From contig NC_081333.1 of NCBI RefSeq assembly GCF_022539665.2, positions 8,866,001 through 8,930,000 of the forward strand: a stretch of DNA of 64,000 nucleotides, given 5' to 3'. The position numbers were made by a program, and so were the translations under genes. The DNA comes from Daphnia carinata. Lineage: Eukaryota. Shown here piece by piece: positions 29,898-47,910 of this stretch. The notes beneath the pieces were generated by a model. It was not told the DNA's origin, did no database searches, and saw only the letters and a list, made by a program, of their open reading frames with translations. The first letter of the stretch is position 1, and every line of letters starts with the position of its first letter.

Positions 29898-32800
29898 TCA
29901 TTTGAATACTCGCATGTAAGGGGCGGCTGAATTTTGCCGGTTGAAATTCAGTTGCAGTTGATGTCGGCTACTGAAACTGCCCGGATGACGGAGGCAAGCC
30001 GGATTGAAAGCTTGCGTCGGGGGGCAAGGTGACGAACTCAGGAAACGTGGAGGTGATGACGCCGAGTACGGATTATGTCGTGGTTGTTGTTGTTGATTTT
30101 TTTGGTGGTTCTTGTTCGTTTTGATGCGTATACAGACGCACACCGCGAAAAGCATAGCCGATATCAAAACGGCAAACAGAATTCCGAAAGCCTGCAAACA
30201 AAACCTTTTTTTTAGTATAGAAACGCTACATTTTTAAAGAGAAATTTAACCATGAATAGCTTGGATGGTGTCAGACAGAAAATGGCTTCTTCGGATGAAA
30301 CTTCTGAAAAATCGTCATCTGAAAATCATTTTTTTTTTAATGTTAGCTCGGTATTGTAATTAATTTTGAAGTTGTTGATTACCTGATGTTGATTTTGATG
30401 TGTAACCTCTGATTGCGTCGTCGCCGTTCTTCGTTGGCGATGCCACTCGAATTTCGACGCTATTAAACACATCGATTTTGTCGACTACTGCCCCGTAATT
30501 TGGGATACTGTTGATGGCTGCTGACAGATTACTACTCCGGAGGGATCCTGACCTTAATCTTGATTTTGAATCGTTAAAACTACTGAGAGCTCGATCGCTG
30601 TTTCTGGGCCGCGTCTGGCGATTCGTACAGAAATTCATTAAAAACCAATTAGCTTAGACAGGTGAAATAATTGAGCTTACCGGCCGAACAGCGTCCGACA
30701 TATCCTGGGCAGTTAATTGGCGAATGGATCCCAAATGCCCCAAACCTTTTTCTTCCGTCGCTTTGACTTTGCTTGTGTTGGTTGCTCTTCCTTTTCTCCG
30801 GATTAGATTGCATGGGTTCTGGGGACAACACAAATTAGTTAGAATATTCACCATTAGATGGGGTTTGGTGCAATTATTGACTGCTTTTAAAAAGTGAAGG
30901 TTGAATACAAAGAGGAAGCAGGAGAAAGCGGAGCAAGCGTAACAGTCTGGAACGGAAAACTGTAAAATACGTATTTTAACGAGACTTGTATACATTTTTC
31001 CAATTGCTCTTTGGCCTTTCATTGTCTGAGAAATTAGGACTCTAGCCGAAAAACTAACGACATCACGGCGACAATGGGCCATTTCGATATATGTGCGTAC
31101 CTGAGATACTTTGCTTATAGATCGAATTCCCATGACGCATTGATTCTTGTTTAGAATTTTCAAAACGCAAAGTAAAAGTTAATTAGTCACGATTTTCCAA
31201 TTAAAAATGGCTCTTTTGAAACGGGGTTTTATCAAATTATTTTGGGAGGTTCTCTAAGCGTATTGGAATGAAAGACGTCATGACGGATGCAATGCATTCA
31301 CATGTAGGCCGATTCAAATTGATAATTGCGTCTAACGTAAATCAGCCTTGTTCTAGACTTTCCATTCTTGTGTCGGTGAATCCAACTGCGACTCGTGATT
31401 TATATCCCCCTCCCCCCCAAATAAAAACGAAAAACAAAAAATAGCCGTCTGACATGTACGTGGACCCACCCAATTATTCTAATCTGAAATGTGGGTGCAA
31501 CAATCTCGCATGCGGTCTAGATTCCAATGGGCTGTGGGAAAACCATAATACGGAAGAAAAGACTATATAGACTGTACAATATTAAAAAAATGACCATACC
31601 ATGAGACATTTCCCCTTGCATACGACGACGGTACATTTGAGGTGAAGATGATCGCGGTCAGGAAATCGAAAGGCTTGAAAATTAGCGTATAACAGCTTAA
31701 TGGTCGATCCCGAGCGGTTGATTATCCTTTCCTGGACGTTAGGTAAGATAGAAGTGTCCAAGCTGCAACCGTCCGCGTCCAGCAGTTCTTGTTGGGATTC
31801 GTGAGAACCATCGTGAGCCACGCAACTGGTCAGCCGGGTATCCAAGCCAACTGCATCAGATGCAAAAAAAAAAAAAAAACGGGGGGAAGGGGACGAATAA
31901 AAAAGAAAATGGCAAAATAAAGAGGTGAGAGAATAGTTATTGCAGCATTTTTATTGATGGCCATCGAGTGCGTGCGGCCAATAGCAAACAAGCTGGCCAG
32001 AAGACCATCTGCTGTCTGTACTTTTTTTTTCTCTCTCTCTTAGAACAACCCGTCATTACATGTTTTTCTTTTGTTTTTGCCCCCCTCCCATTTTTTTTTT
32101 CTTTTCTTTACGTTTTGGAAATTATTACCGAAATATCCTTCACGCTCTGGCGGCGTTATTTAACGACCCAATTATCATATTTTCTTGGTTCCTTTTTTTT
32201 TTTGTTTCTACTTTTGTTTTATGATGAAAAGTTAGTTTTTCTTTTACCGGTTTGTCGAACTCGGACAACGACAGTGGCTTCTTGGCCAACGCGCAGGTAG
32301 GTCTCTACCGGGTTTCCGGTTGGATCCGTCCCGGCCACGATATCCATCCAGCAAGTGATGGCGTCGCGCTGTTTTGCCGACGCTGGAAGCAGTTTCAGAG
32401 CACCACTGGACACCATGCTGGGCGGCGACGATATTTTACTGTCTCGACTCATTTCCAGTTTTTTAGCTGCATATATGCCCCACACAAATACAAATAGGCA
32501 CAGTCAGGAAAAGAAAAAAACAAAGGAAAAAGAATGTTCAACTATTTGTGTGAAGGTGTACATGCACGCCATTGGATAATCTGGGGAAATGGATATGAAC
32601 CTACCTTGATAGGAGGTTAAAGGAAGACCAGAAAGTTTTCCAGACGAAGTCGTCGGGGTCAACGAGTTATTCATCAGCGGACGGAAAGGCATCACCAGAG
32701 TGTTCTTGATAGTCGTGGCCGGCGGGCCGGCCTCGTTTCTCCGGCTGCTCTTCTCGATGGAGAAAATGGCCGATTGGCGCTGACGAAGAGTAGAAGGTTG

Positions 32801-33904
32801 CGTCACCGGTGCCTCTGTAATCGATTTCTCAGAAGCCAGCAGCCGACAGCGGGTCGTCATCTTCTCGTCAACGGCCTGTTGAACGTGCACGTCGTACTGC
32901 AAATACAGCGACAATTCCAACTGTCTCGATCCATCCTGTTTCACAAAAAAATAGCGAATTCATCAACGTTTTGCCTTCCTTTCCATTCAGTGTGACGTTC
33001 GCTGCTGAATTCTCTCACGCATGCGACGTCTTAAGATAACGAGATTTCATATCAATAAAAATAGAAAAGCTAAAAGCAAACCGTGTGACGAGTTGTGAAC
33101 TCAAAGGGGAGGGAAAAAGGACGAGCAAGTTTTGACGACGAAAAATACTTTCCCTTCGTATGTGTGTGTTTTGGACGTGTGAAAGAATTTATTCCCTCGT
33201 TATCATCAATCTCGGGTGAAACTTGGCAGTCGGAGACAAGATTTCTACAGCCACGGTGAGAGAGTTTTTATCTCAATTTTGATATGATTTATATGAAGGA
33301 AAAGGGATGAGACTTCGCTTTCCCTTAGTCGTCATACCTCTGTCTGAGAAAAGTGGATTCCGCATTCGGATGCGTTGAGCGCTAGCCGGAGCAGACGGTT
33401 GCCTGTGCCTTCCGCTTTACATGACGGAGTGGTGGCGAATCCGTTGGCGTAAATTAATCCGAAAAACGGTTCCTGAAGACTGGCCATGATAAGTAGGGAG
33501 TCGCCGCTACAGCTGGTTTCGACATCTATAAAACAATAGAAAAATCCGACAATGCGCCGTTAGTCGAGAAAATAAGTCCCATCCGCTTCGGTGGTTAACG
33601 TGAGTTGCGGATGAATGAAACATTCCATACTCATGAACGGATGAGTCGGCGGCTTAGTTTGCGTTGCGATGCTATTGTCAGTTGTGGCGATCGTGCCCAC
33701 CTGGAGGACAGTTCAAAAGTAACAGATATTCGCAATTTTACCCATCGTGTGTCGCCTCTCTTGCAAGTTGTAACTCATTCAAAAACTTACGACGTCGTTG
33801 AAGAGTGTTGTTATGATTATGAATAGTACGATGATCCTCCCAAAGAATGGCACCGTTGTTGTCTGATGAAAAGAGTTAGCCGTTATGTTTGTATCTGAAT
33901 AACC
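29898..33904 (-). CDS. Second ZP-domain transmembrane protein (start codon not located)
   Basis: Exons: ~33903-33791 (hydrophobic RIIVLFIIITTLF); ~33700-33631; ~33525-33338 (VETSCSGDSLLI...FFGLIYANG...ECG); 32936-32602 (LYLQYDVHVQQAVD...C); ~32456-32248 (CWMDIVAG...LRVGQEATVVV); ~31851-31600 (CVAHDG...LLDADGCSLD...AFRFPDRDHLHLKCTVVVCKGKC); ~30640-30382 (RQTRPR furin-like site); then the TM exon AFGILFAVLISAMLFAVCVCI with stop at 29898. Confidence 0.88.
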
Positions 33905-34946
33905 TGGAAACGAGGATAAAAGTAGAAGGTAAATCTATATGGCTGCACGGAGGAATATCATCAGCAGGTGACGAAGGGGTCTAGTTCCTCTGCCCACTCT
34001 ATTTACGCTTGGCAAGTCAAGGGCACCTGCCGACCGCTCTTCGACCGACTCTACAGATATTAAATCACCTATGCTTTTTCTGTGTAACACACGACCGTGA
34101 ACTATTTTCTTTTTCGTATTTATTTTTTCTCTTCCCGTTCGCCAAGTCCGGCTTGAAGCGCGTGCAAAAGGCTCACGCCTCGATATGCAAATTTAATCTC
34201 GTTTTTCGCCGCTTCAGTTCAAATTATATCTGTCCTCTCACGAAGACTGATGATGAAATCGTGTCTCACTAGTGAATAAAAAATAAATCGTTTCTTTTCG
34301 AATTACGAGTATTGAATCGTTCGTTCCTGTGGGGAAGGAAAATTCAGCTGGAACGTGCGTTCGTTCCAGATGAATAAATAAAATGGATCGTGCAAGCGGA
34401 TGGGCTCGTTCTTTTTTAGTCGAAGTGCAGGTACTTAAAGTAGACTACTTGTGTGCAACAAAAACAATAGACCAATCACCTGGTCTTCTCTATTTTTACT
34501 GCAACTTGCGCCCGAAAAGCTGGACTTGTTGCTTGTTATTTTGTAAAAATTTTTTAAATTACGCGGTTATTGTGGGGTAGCGAATGAACCGTTCAATTGT
34601 CTTTTGTTTTCCCCTTTTTGAATGGAGCAAGCCCTAGTCCGAGTTTGTTCACCTTTTTGCCCAGTTGAATGGTTGAAAACAAAAGCACTTGTTTCATTAT
34701 CCATTCTAGTGGATCGTACCGGATCGTATCTGACCGATCGACTAGCCATAAACAATTAAACATGCTCTTCCCACTAATGAAACGGTAATCCCAATCAAAA
34801 CTGACGGACTTACTGGGGATCCTCGAACCGCAATTCCTTTCGTCGCTAGCAGCGGAGCTTTGCATTTCATACGAGTAACACAGAAAACGCACTGACAAAG
34901 ATATCACACTGAATGTAGTCTTCCACTATCTTCGAATGCGTCTCAC

Positions 34947-35061
34947 CGTACGATTATAACAATAGTATCAAGCGTTCTGTCGTGCTGCGCGTCGAGCAAT
35001 CAACTGACCAACCGTTTGCGTTCCAGCGGCACCTGTTGCAGCGGCACCTGTTGCAGTGGCA
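34947..35061 (-). promoter_or_regulatory. Putative Inr promoter / 5'-UTR exon of the second ZP gene, with a tandem E-box repeat
   Basis: Minus-strand TCAGTT Inr at ~35007-35002 and a GTGAG donor at ~34946. The 15-bp unit CAGCGGCACCTGTTG occurs 2.5 times at 35024-35061 and contains CACCTG/CAGGTG. Confidence 0.4.
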
Positions 35062-37468
35062 TGCAGAAGGCGGTGCGCGCGAGCCCACAACTGTCTGTGA
35101 ATCTTAACGCCCACCTGCAACAGCAGTGTAGATCCCTGCTGGAGACGCCCCGATGTCTGCGTTTCCCGAATGTGTAGGCCACTATATTCTTCACCCGAAG
35201 CAATGAGGTAACGACCCCGCTGGTGGTATTCTTTCTCCTTCTATGCCGGGTTACGTCTACCTTATATCGCGAACTGTTCTGACGAATAGTTTTTCTTTTT
35301 TTTTTTTTTTTACTTCGTTTTCTTCGTGTTTTTCTTTTGTCATAATTATTCGCCACAGGGGCCTAAACAAAAAAGAAAAAAAGCTGCTATACAATATAAT
35401 CAATTGAATCTACCTGTTGTGTGTGTGTGTGTGTTTGTCTATGTATATGTGTTTCGGCCACTGGCTCTAGCCGTCGATGACCGCGTGAATCAGGGTCAAT
35501 GCGCACTAACATTAAGGGTTTCCGGCATGGAACGGTGCGAGAAAAACAACAACACAACAAGAAACTCCGTTAGCGCACTTGCAATAGCCCTGCGGTTGTC
35601 TGTTTGAAGCATTAGTTCAGTACTGAGAATATTGACAAGAGGACACGGAGAGCGAAAAAGAAGTAGTAAAGTCCCGTTTGACTCGATTGAAGGATGACTA
35701 GCGTGAAAAACCAATCTAAAGCGCGCTGTGCGTGTGAACGGCTATGTCAATTTATTTGGAGATAAAAATACGTTTGGCTCACTGATCGAAGTGGCCAATT
35801 CAATAAAGTTATTATTTCCGACGGCGCGCCTGCTTGCCTCTCTCACGCTAGGTCACACATGTGGCAGAACTGCCATTACTCTATTTTGAAAACAAAAGTT
35901 AACGACTGTGACAGTCGTTTTTCTTTTTTTATGCATGCATATGGCAGGACCTACTAACACGAGCTGGTTAAAACACACACACGCACACACATACAAAAAA
36001 TAGGTTAAAGAGGCAAAAGCTCCACTTTCGAGAAAACTTATCGAGTCCAAACAGAAAAACAAAAAAAACAAAAGCGGGTGAATGTTTTATGTGAGGAAAT
36101 CATCAACCACGGTGTCTTTCGTGATCATCTGAAAATATCGCCTTCTGGGGGTAGGCCACGATGAGATCATCATTTTTGCTTCCTAAATGCGGCCAGCGGA
36201 TTGCTGCTGTGTAGGGAGGAAGATATGACTTAGAGCGCTGCTTGTGTGCGGTCACCGTCTATCCATCGATCAGCGAAGATTAGATCAGCCGTCGCAAGTC
36301 GAATGGAAAATAAGAAAACGGTTGGCGGTTCGTGTTCTATCCGTCTTGAGCTTTCCTTGAAGGTAAAGTAATGAGCACAGCGAACCAGTCTTTGTCTTCC
36401 CCGTGGAAACTAGAAAACTAGTTGGAAGAGTATGTTGGGTCCAACTATAGGCTATTTGATAATCCTTTGGAGGCTTACAACCAAACACAATTGAGGAAGA
36501 CCGTAGACATCTGTTATTCATCTTCTTTTGTTAGTTTTTTCCCCCTTTCTTCGTAGCCTTGACATTGCGTGTTTTATTCCCTATTTTATGAACAATTCCG
36601 TCCGAGTTTCCCTTTTCTCGTTTTCTGACCATGTTTTTTTTTTCCCTTTAGAAGTCCGGACACGATTAGTTCCCATAGAATTAAGAGTATCCAACCATCG
36701 CACACACATGCATACAAATACAAGTGAAACAGCTTCAAAAGCCTCCGTGAGAAAACTTTCTCCCAATTCCTACATGAGGCAATCAACCAACTTCCCGTCT
36801 CTTACCGGATGACGGGCTTCAAGTTCACATCACACGAAACAATATTGCACTTTTTATTTCTTTTACATGAAACACTAAACATCGGCTAACTTGTTTTGGT
36901 TGCCATATTGTTGATATCTTTTTGGTCTGATTCACAGCGACTAACACTCTGCTCGTATGATCAATTCACACGATCAGAGACAAACTGTTGCAGAGTCTTG
37001 TCGAGAAAAGGGGGAAATAAAACAATACCAAATACAAAATAGGCTGCAAACAAACACGATATCGCTTTGGTTGCCATTTTAGCAATAAACCAAATAGACC
37101 CTTCCCCAAAACGATGGCCAGCTTGCGGGCCGACAGGAAAACCTGAACGGTCCTCTCCTTGTCTAACGGTATCTTTTAAGCTTCGTTGTTCAATGATCAC
37201 CAGAACAGTTTAACCAGCCGACTACTAAACGATCGTTACTTTCTTTTACGCTTCATCAATTTTTAATTGAATTAAAGTGAAAAATTAAATGTTTAAAACA
37301 TTGAAACCAGAAAAACAGGAACTGACTCGTACTACTAATACGGTACTTCAACATGAGTAATGTATTAAATTGGCGCCACGGGAGAATTCACAAAGAGCGT
37401 CATATCCCTTTTCCCTTTCGCATAACTGAACTGATATTAGTAATAATTTTATGCGTCATTTTCAACAG

Positions 37469-38722
37469 TTAGCTACTATTTTTCCTGTCACATGAATCGG
37501 GTATTTCTTGCAACTGAAATTTCCCATGATGCCCAGCTCCCTCGACAAATTTCCGGGCTCCGCGGATGGATTCCTTCGAAAATTAAAAACGTTTAGTATA
37601 GTATAAGGTTGCCTCTAGTTACCGGTTGCAGACCTTTTCCAAAATGGGTACCCCATTATTGAATTCATATTGTAGTGCCTCTTCCAAAGAAGTGGCCGAG
37701 TAAGTGGCATAGTACGCCGATCGACGATCAGCTTGCATGCATTCTTGCGGAAACCTTTTCAATGAATCGGCTAAATTCACCGCCTGACCGAGAGCTGCTC
37801 AGTGGCACCACCAAAGTTGATTGGAAAATGAATTAAATTTTTGCGATTTTGTTGTTCGTTTCTCTTAAAATTTACCGGTTCCACATGAAACAACGCGGTT
37901 AACTAATCCCCATTCAAGGGCCTCCTTGGCTTTTATGGGCCTTCCAGTCAAAATAAGATCCATGGCCCTGGAGAATCCTACTAATGCTGGGAGTCTGACT
38001 GTCCCACCGTCAATTAAGGGTACTCCTGCAATCCACACACATAAGAATGGTCCTCACTTTTAGCAAACGATGTTTGCATGCATTGCTTCAAAAATCAATT
38101 ACCAAATCTTCTACAAAACACCCCCATGACAGCTGTGTCCTCCATTACTCTCATGTCACATAGTAAAGCAAGTTCAAATCCTCCGGCAACTGCATATCCA
38201 CTAACAGCTGCTATTAAAGGCTTCTTAGTTAACATTCGGGAGGGGCCCTAGTCATGAAAAGGAAATATCAGAGTTGTGTGCATTTTTTTTGTTTCTATTC
38301 ATTGTTGTTGTTACCATGGGACCTCTTTTGTCTGGAAGGATGCTGGTGTCCGCTGTGCTTAGCTCCTGTAAATCATATCCTGCACAGAAATTTCCTCCTA
38401 TTCCATGCAATACAATTGCACAGACTGATTCATCCTGATCAAACTCTTCAAATGCTTGGACAAGCTGATCTGCCGTAGCATAATTGACACAGTTTCGTTT
38501 TGCTGGTCGATTGATACCAATCGTGGCCACTGCCCCAATTTTTTGTTTTAACACCAAGACATCGTTAGACTCATCTTAATGGGAACAAAAAGGTTAAAAG
38601 GGTAGTAATTCTCACGATGCTCATAACGTATAATAAGTACTTCCACTAGTTGAAGTGAACCTCTTTATCAATAAAGCTGAGTGACGCTGAAAAGGTCTTG
38701 CTATTGTTACGAAATGGTTCAT
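37469..38722 (-). CDS. Enoyl-CoA hydratase/isomerase (crotonase superfamily), probably mitochondrial
   Basis: Exon 1 MNHFVTIARPFQRHSALLIKRFTS looks like a transit peptide. Further motifs: IGINRPAKRNCVN, GNFCAGYDL, AAVSGYAVAGGFELALLCDMR, GVFCRRFGVPLIDGGTVRLPALVG and ESIRGARKFVEGAGHHGKF. Stop at 37469. Confidence 0.93.
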
Positions 38723-38901
38723 GATGCTGTGCGCCACCACACGTTACAGGGACCCTTTCCGGCACATGCGCCGATGCGCACGGATGCACTGAATCAGTCA
38801 AGCAGACGAAGTTTGAGAAAAAGACGTAGTCAAGCCTTTAGTTGCTTCCCCCATTTCAGTGGGAACACACCTTTTAAAAACAGTTAAGAAAAAAACACAT
38901 C

Positions 38902-40044
<1,143 letters not shown>

Positions 40045-40780
40045 AATAGGTGATACTCGTTCCATCGTTCAAGCCACAGCTTGATGTGATTTGGACTGTT
40101 AGACCTCGGTTGTGCGATTCCGCCCTTGTTCCATCTGTTTTACTCGTTGGCAGCTTTAAAATAATATTTTCCATTTTCTTTGTATAGAAACATATAGCGT
40201 AAGTTCAGGTTTTGTGAGATTAACCCATATTTCTTCGAATTATTTATTAAAACAAAACGTTTATCGTGCTTTTGCTTAACATTATTTGCGTTTCATGTTA
40301 CTATTGATGGATTTTCAATTAACGTTGTAGAATAGATTAAAACTTGTTATGATAAGTAATTTCTAGATGACGCTAATTTGGTTTTTATTCATGCCTGACG
40401 TTCGTACAACATACAACACATCCTTCAGCCGATTGAACTATGCGTTGGCAAAGTAATTTATCTCAAATGGAAATCAAGTAAAAAATTCAAGAATCTCCAA
40501 ACATAATGGCGGGCAGCAATCGTGGTTGAGAAAGAACGGGAATCAATGTTGAGGATGACAATCCTTACGTGCAAAAAGACAACTGCTTCGCCAACCAATT
40601 GTATGTCAACACGTAATTACGGTCGGGTGAAACGCTGAAACAACAGTCTTTGCCAGATACCTAGCATTAAATATGAACTCGAGCATATTGCCCAAAAGGA
40701 GAAGGAGGGAAATAGGAAGGGAAAGGTTGGGAGTGGGATAAAGAGACAAAGCGAGAGAGAGAGAGATACAAACAACAAAA

Positions 40781-42225
40781 TCAACGTAAACTGAAAAGGT
40801 CACCCGCCGACGGTAGTGGAACAGCCGAGACGTCGGGTAGCTGTGAAAGATCTGGCAAACTGGAAACATGGGAGCGTAATTCTTCACGAACTTGATATAC
40901 CTTGCATAACTTTTCTTTGTATTCCTAAAATGAACACAAAATGGATATATGTAGTTGATTTGACTTCTCTATGAAATTTATTCTCTTTTGCACTAAAACA
41001 ACCTTTAGCCGATAAGAAAGCCCATACAATATGTTTAATATTTAAAACATAAATCATCGTATTCCATACCTGGAGTCTTTCTTCAGCTTGAACCAAAAGT
41101 TCTTTTTGTGCTGCTGTAAATTCATGGAGCATTTTGGTTACCGATTTTCGATCCTCCATCTCTTTCAACAATCGCCCATTGTAATCGTTAAGTAACTCTA
41201 CTGCTTCATTCACCTTGCTAGTTAATGTTTCTGCTTGAGTTTGATCTATATAAATAACATAATGTAAGTTTTAATTGTCTCCCTACGTTAACATATAAAA
41301 CTAAGGTCGGTATGGTAGGTGGCGTGTGCATCCCTAACACTTGTTACCTGAAATTTTCGATAACAAACTGACGTCAGAGACTTCAGGGGGTAATTCAGCT
41401 ATTTTTGCTCTGACAACACCATCACTTGATGCTGCATTTTCAAGGGACTGCAAAGACTTTACTAGTTCTTCAGCCTCAGGGGCGTCAGTTGCAGGTAATT
41501 TGGGAGACAATGTTATGTGCACTTCTTTCTTTCCTTCTTTATCAAACTGTATAACTTCATTACATTCAGATTTTCTCCTTTCTTTTTTGTTTTTATCAGG
41601 ATCTTCTTGTTCTTTGTTTTCTTTGATATTTTCTAAAGTCTCCCCTCTATCCCTTCTTGAGATTTTCACTGGAGGTTCCCCATTGTCATGCCTTCTTTTG
41701 AAGCTTGACTCTAGAGAGAAGTAGAAAAATTAAAAAAAAAAGCAAGTAAGAAAGTATCATTTGTATGCTGTACCTAATGACTTTCTGAATTCAGATATTT
41801 GCTTGGAGTCAAACATGTTTCTGTCACCCCAAATATTTAGAATGCGCTCAAGTCTCTTTTGAGTGTTTTCATCATTGACAGCTTGAGCCATAAGTTTCAA
41901 GGCTGGACCAAGAATGGGCCCAAACTGATCTCTGAATTCCGGCCCTTTCTTTCTGCTGTTCTGGATTACATCATTAACCAGGTAAATGAATGTGAGTTTT
42001 CTGCTATCTTTGGCTAAAATAAAAAGATAGTAAGAAAGTTTTCCAGTTTGAACCAAAGAAAACTGCTAGATTACCTTTAGTGAATTCTTTTAACCAGATT
42101 TTGACGATACTGACATGATGTTTACGATGGTGGATTAGCCATAAGGACAATGTTTGAATACTTTGCTGAGAATTATTCAGTTCGGCCAATTTTTTTTCTA
42201 ACGCGGCTTCGGAGAATCCTGACAT
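40781..42225 (-). CDS. RPRD1B: Regulation of nuclear pre-mRNA domain-containing protein 1 (CID + CREPT coiled coil)
   Basis: MSGFSEAALEKKLAELNNSQQSIQTLSLWLIHHRKH, KLTFIYLVNDVIQNSRKKGPEF, LENAASSD...IAELPPEVSDVSLL, and the C-terminal LPDLSQLPDV...PLPSAGDLF. Confidence 0.95.
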
Positions 42226-42835
42226 GGTTAGTTAATCTCCATAGAGCACGTTTCTTCTATTACACTACACACACGAATTCAGCCTTTCAGTTTGTGACTT
42301 GTGAGTCTTCTGGAATTTCGATCTAGCAGACTAATGATAAAACGGAATTTCATTGTCTGCACACCGCAGTTTTGCAGATTACAGCGGAGCCAGGTGGAGA
42401 ACCATGTAGTAGTAAACCTATTTTTTTATTATAAAGGCATGAATACCTTGTTCTTATTTTATCGCAATTTTGAGGGAATTTTTTGGTGTAAAAATTTCAT
42501 TCGATAGATCGTTACTTTATTCTTATTTCTTTACATCTTTTCTTTCATGTCTTCTGTTCTTATGCTGTTGCGCCGGACTACCGGTTCCCGGTTGTGCTTG
42601 TCCCTTCTGGCCTTCTCCTTTATGCTTGTAGCGCTTGTGCCGCTTGTGCCAAGTACCTGCAACATTCAGAACAATATCGTATTTGTGGCAATGCTGCGTC
42701 TGTATCTTGAGTTTGTTAGTCTGTCAAAACCTTGGACAAATCGAAGTAAATCTACATTTTGTTGCTGTTCGTCTATTTTGTTGTGGATTGTTTAGATTAA
42801 CATATGTATTGGTTTATCCTTAAACACAGATTAAT

Positions 42836-46837
<4,002 letters not shown>

Positions 46838-47910
46838 GATAAGTGGATTCGACATCTCATATGGCTTGAATATTATTCACCTCATGGGGTTGAACATTTA
46901 TGAACTGATTTAGTTCAATAATTTTTCGCTCCTATATTCCCCTATCTAGCCTACTCCTGGATTTTGAAATGAATCGAATGGTTTGACAATACACCATTGT
47001 AGTTTAATTATAATTGAGCATGCTGATATTGTTTTATTTTCAGCATTTTTAGGTCGTTACATCGCCCAAGAGGCAAAACATGGAGCCATTGCAAGGCTAG
47101 TGTCAAGCAGCGTAAATGCCGTTTTGGCGACGCCAACGCCATGTGGTCAATACCTGAAACTTGTGCCTGTCGACAGTTTGGTCGGCACTGAATAACTGGG
47201 GATGTTGTAAATGTGGAATGGACGTGGTTTTAAATTAGTAAAAATCTGTTTAATTGGCTCTTGTTTCACCAATCTGACTATTTCAACTTATTGTGGCCTG
47301 TGGTAAGTTTTTGAAAACTTGATACAGAATGCTAAGTAGCTTTTTACAGGTTTTTGCTGGCAGTGGCTGACACTTGCAGCTCACAAGCTTACCTCAATTA
47401 CAGCTTAAATCATTTTGGGAAATAATTAAGAACTTGTGATTTTTCTTATATTTGCTACTGATGTGCTACATTTTATTTGAAGTTACAGGTACATGTTTGT
47501 GTGGTATCATAGTGAAGCAAAGAGTTTTGACGCTGAAGTGAAAATATTGTTGTACATGCCCTCATCTACTTTATGAAGGTTTCAAAAGATGATCCTCTGT
47601 AAACCTAAAATTCACACATTGGCATTATTTTATTGCTAGTTTATTATTTGAGTATGTTAGTTTAGGTTTCTAGTGAAAAGCAATAGCTGTTTCATCTACG
47701 ATGAAGCAATGGCTTGACATACAACATAAAACGAGTGTTTGCTAGTTCATTTCTAAGTTGAGTTTACACAATTGTGGGGTTCATTACATCTAGATCAGCC
47801 TTTTGACTGGAAAGTATGAAGTAGTTTCATACAGCTTTTTAAAATTTTGTTTTAATTCTTTTGAAACTGCAGCCCAAACATTGTCTGATAGTCTTTTTTT
47901 TTTGCAGGAA

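Noticed and set aside
30654..31163. 169-aa minus-strand ORF
   Set aside because: Mostly intronic in the second ZP gene; at most its 3' end overlaps a real exon, and it has no independent protein motif.
18600..37200. Ovo/Shavenbaby-type ACCGTTA sites near the ZP genes (~18602, ~26346, ~37166)
   Set aside because: About as many as expected by chance for a 7-mer over ~19 kb on two strands.
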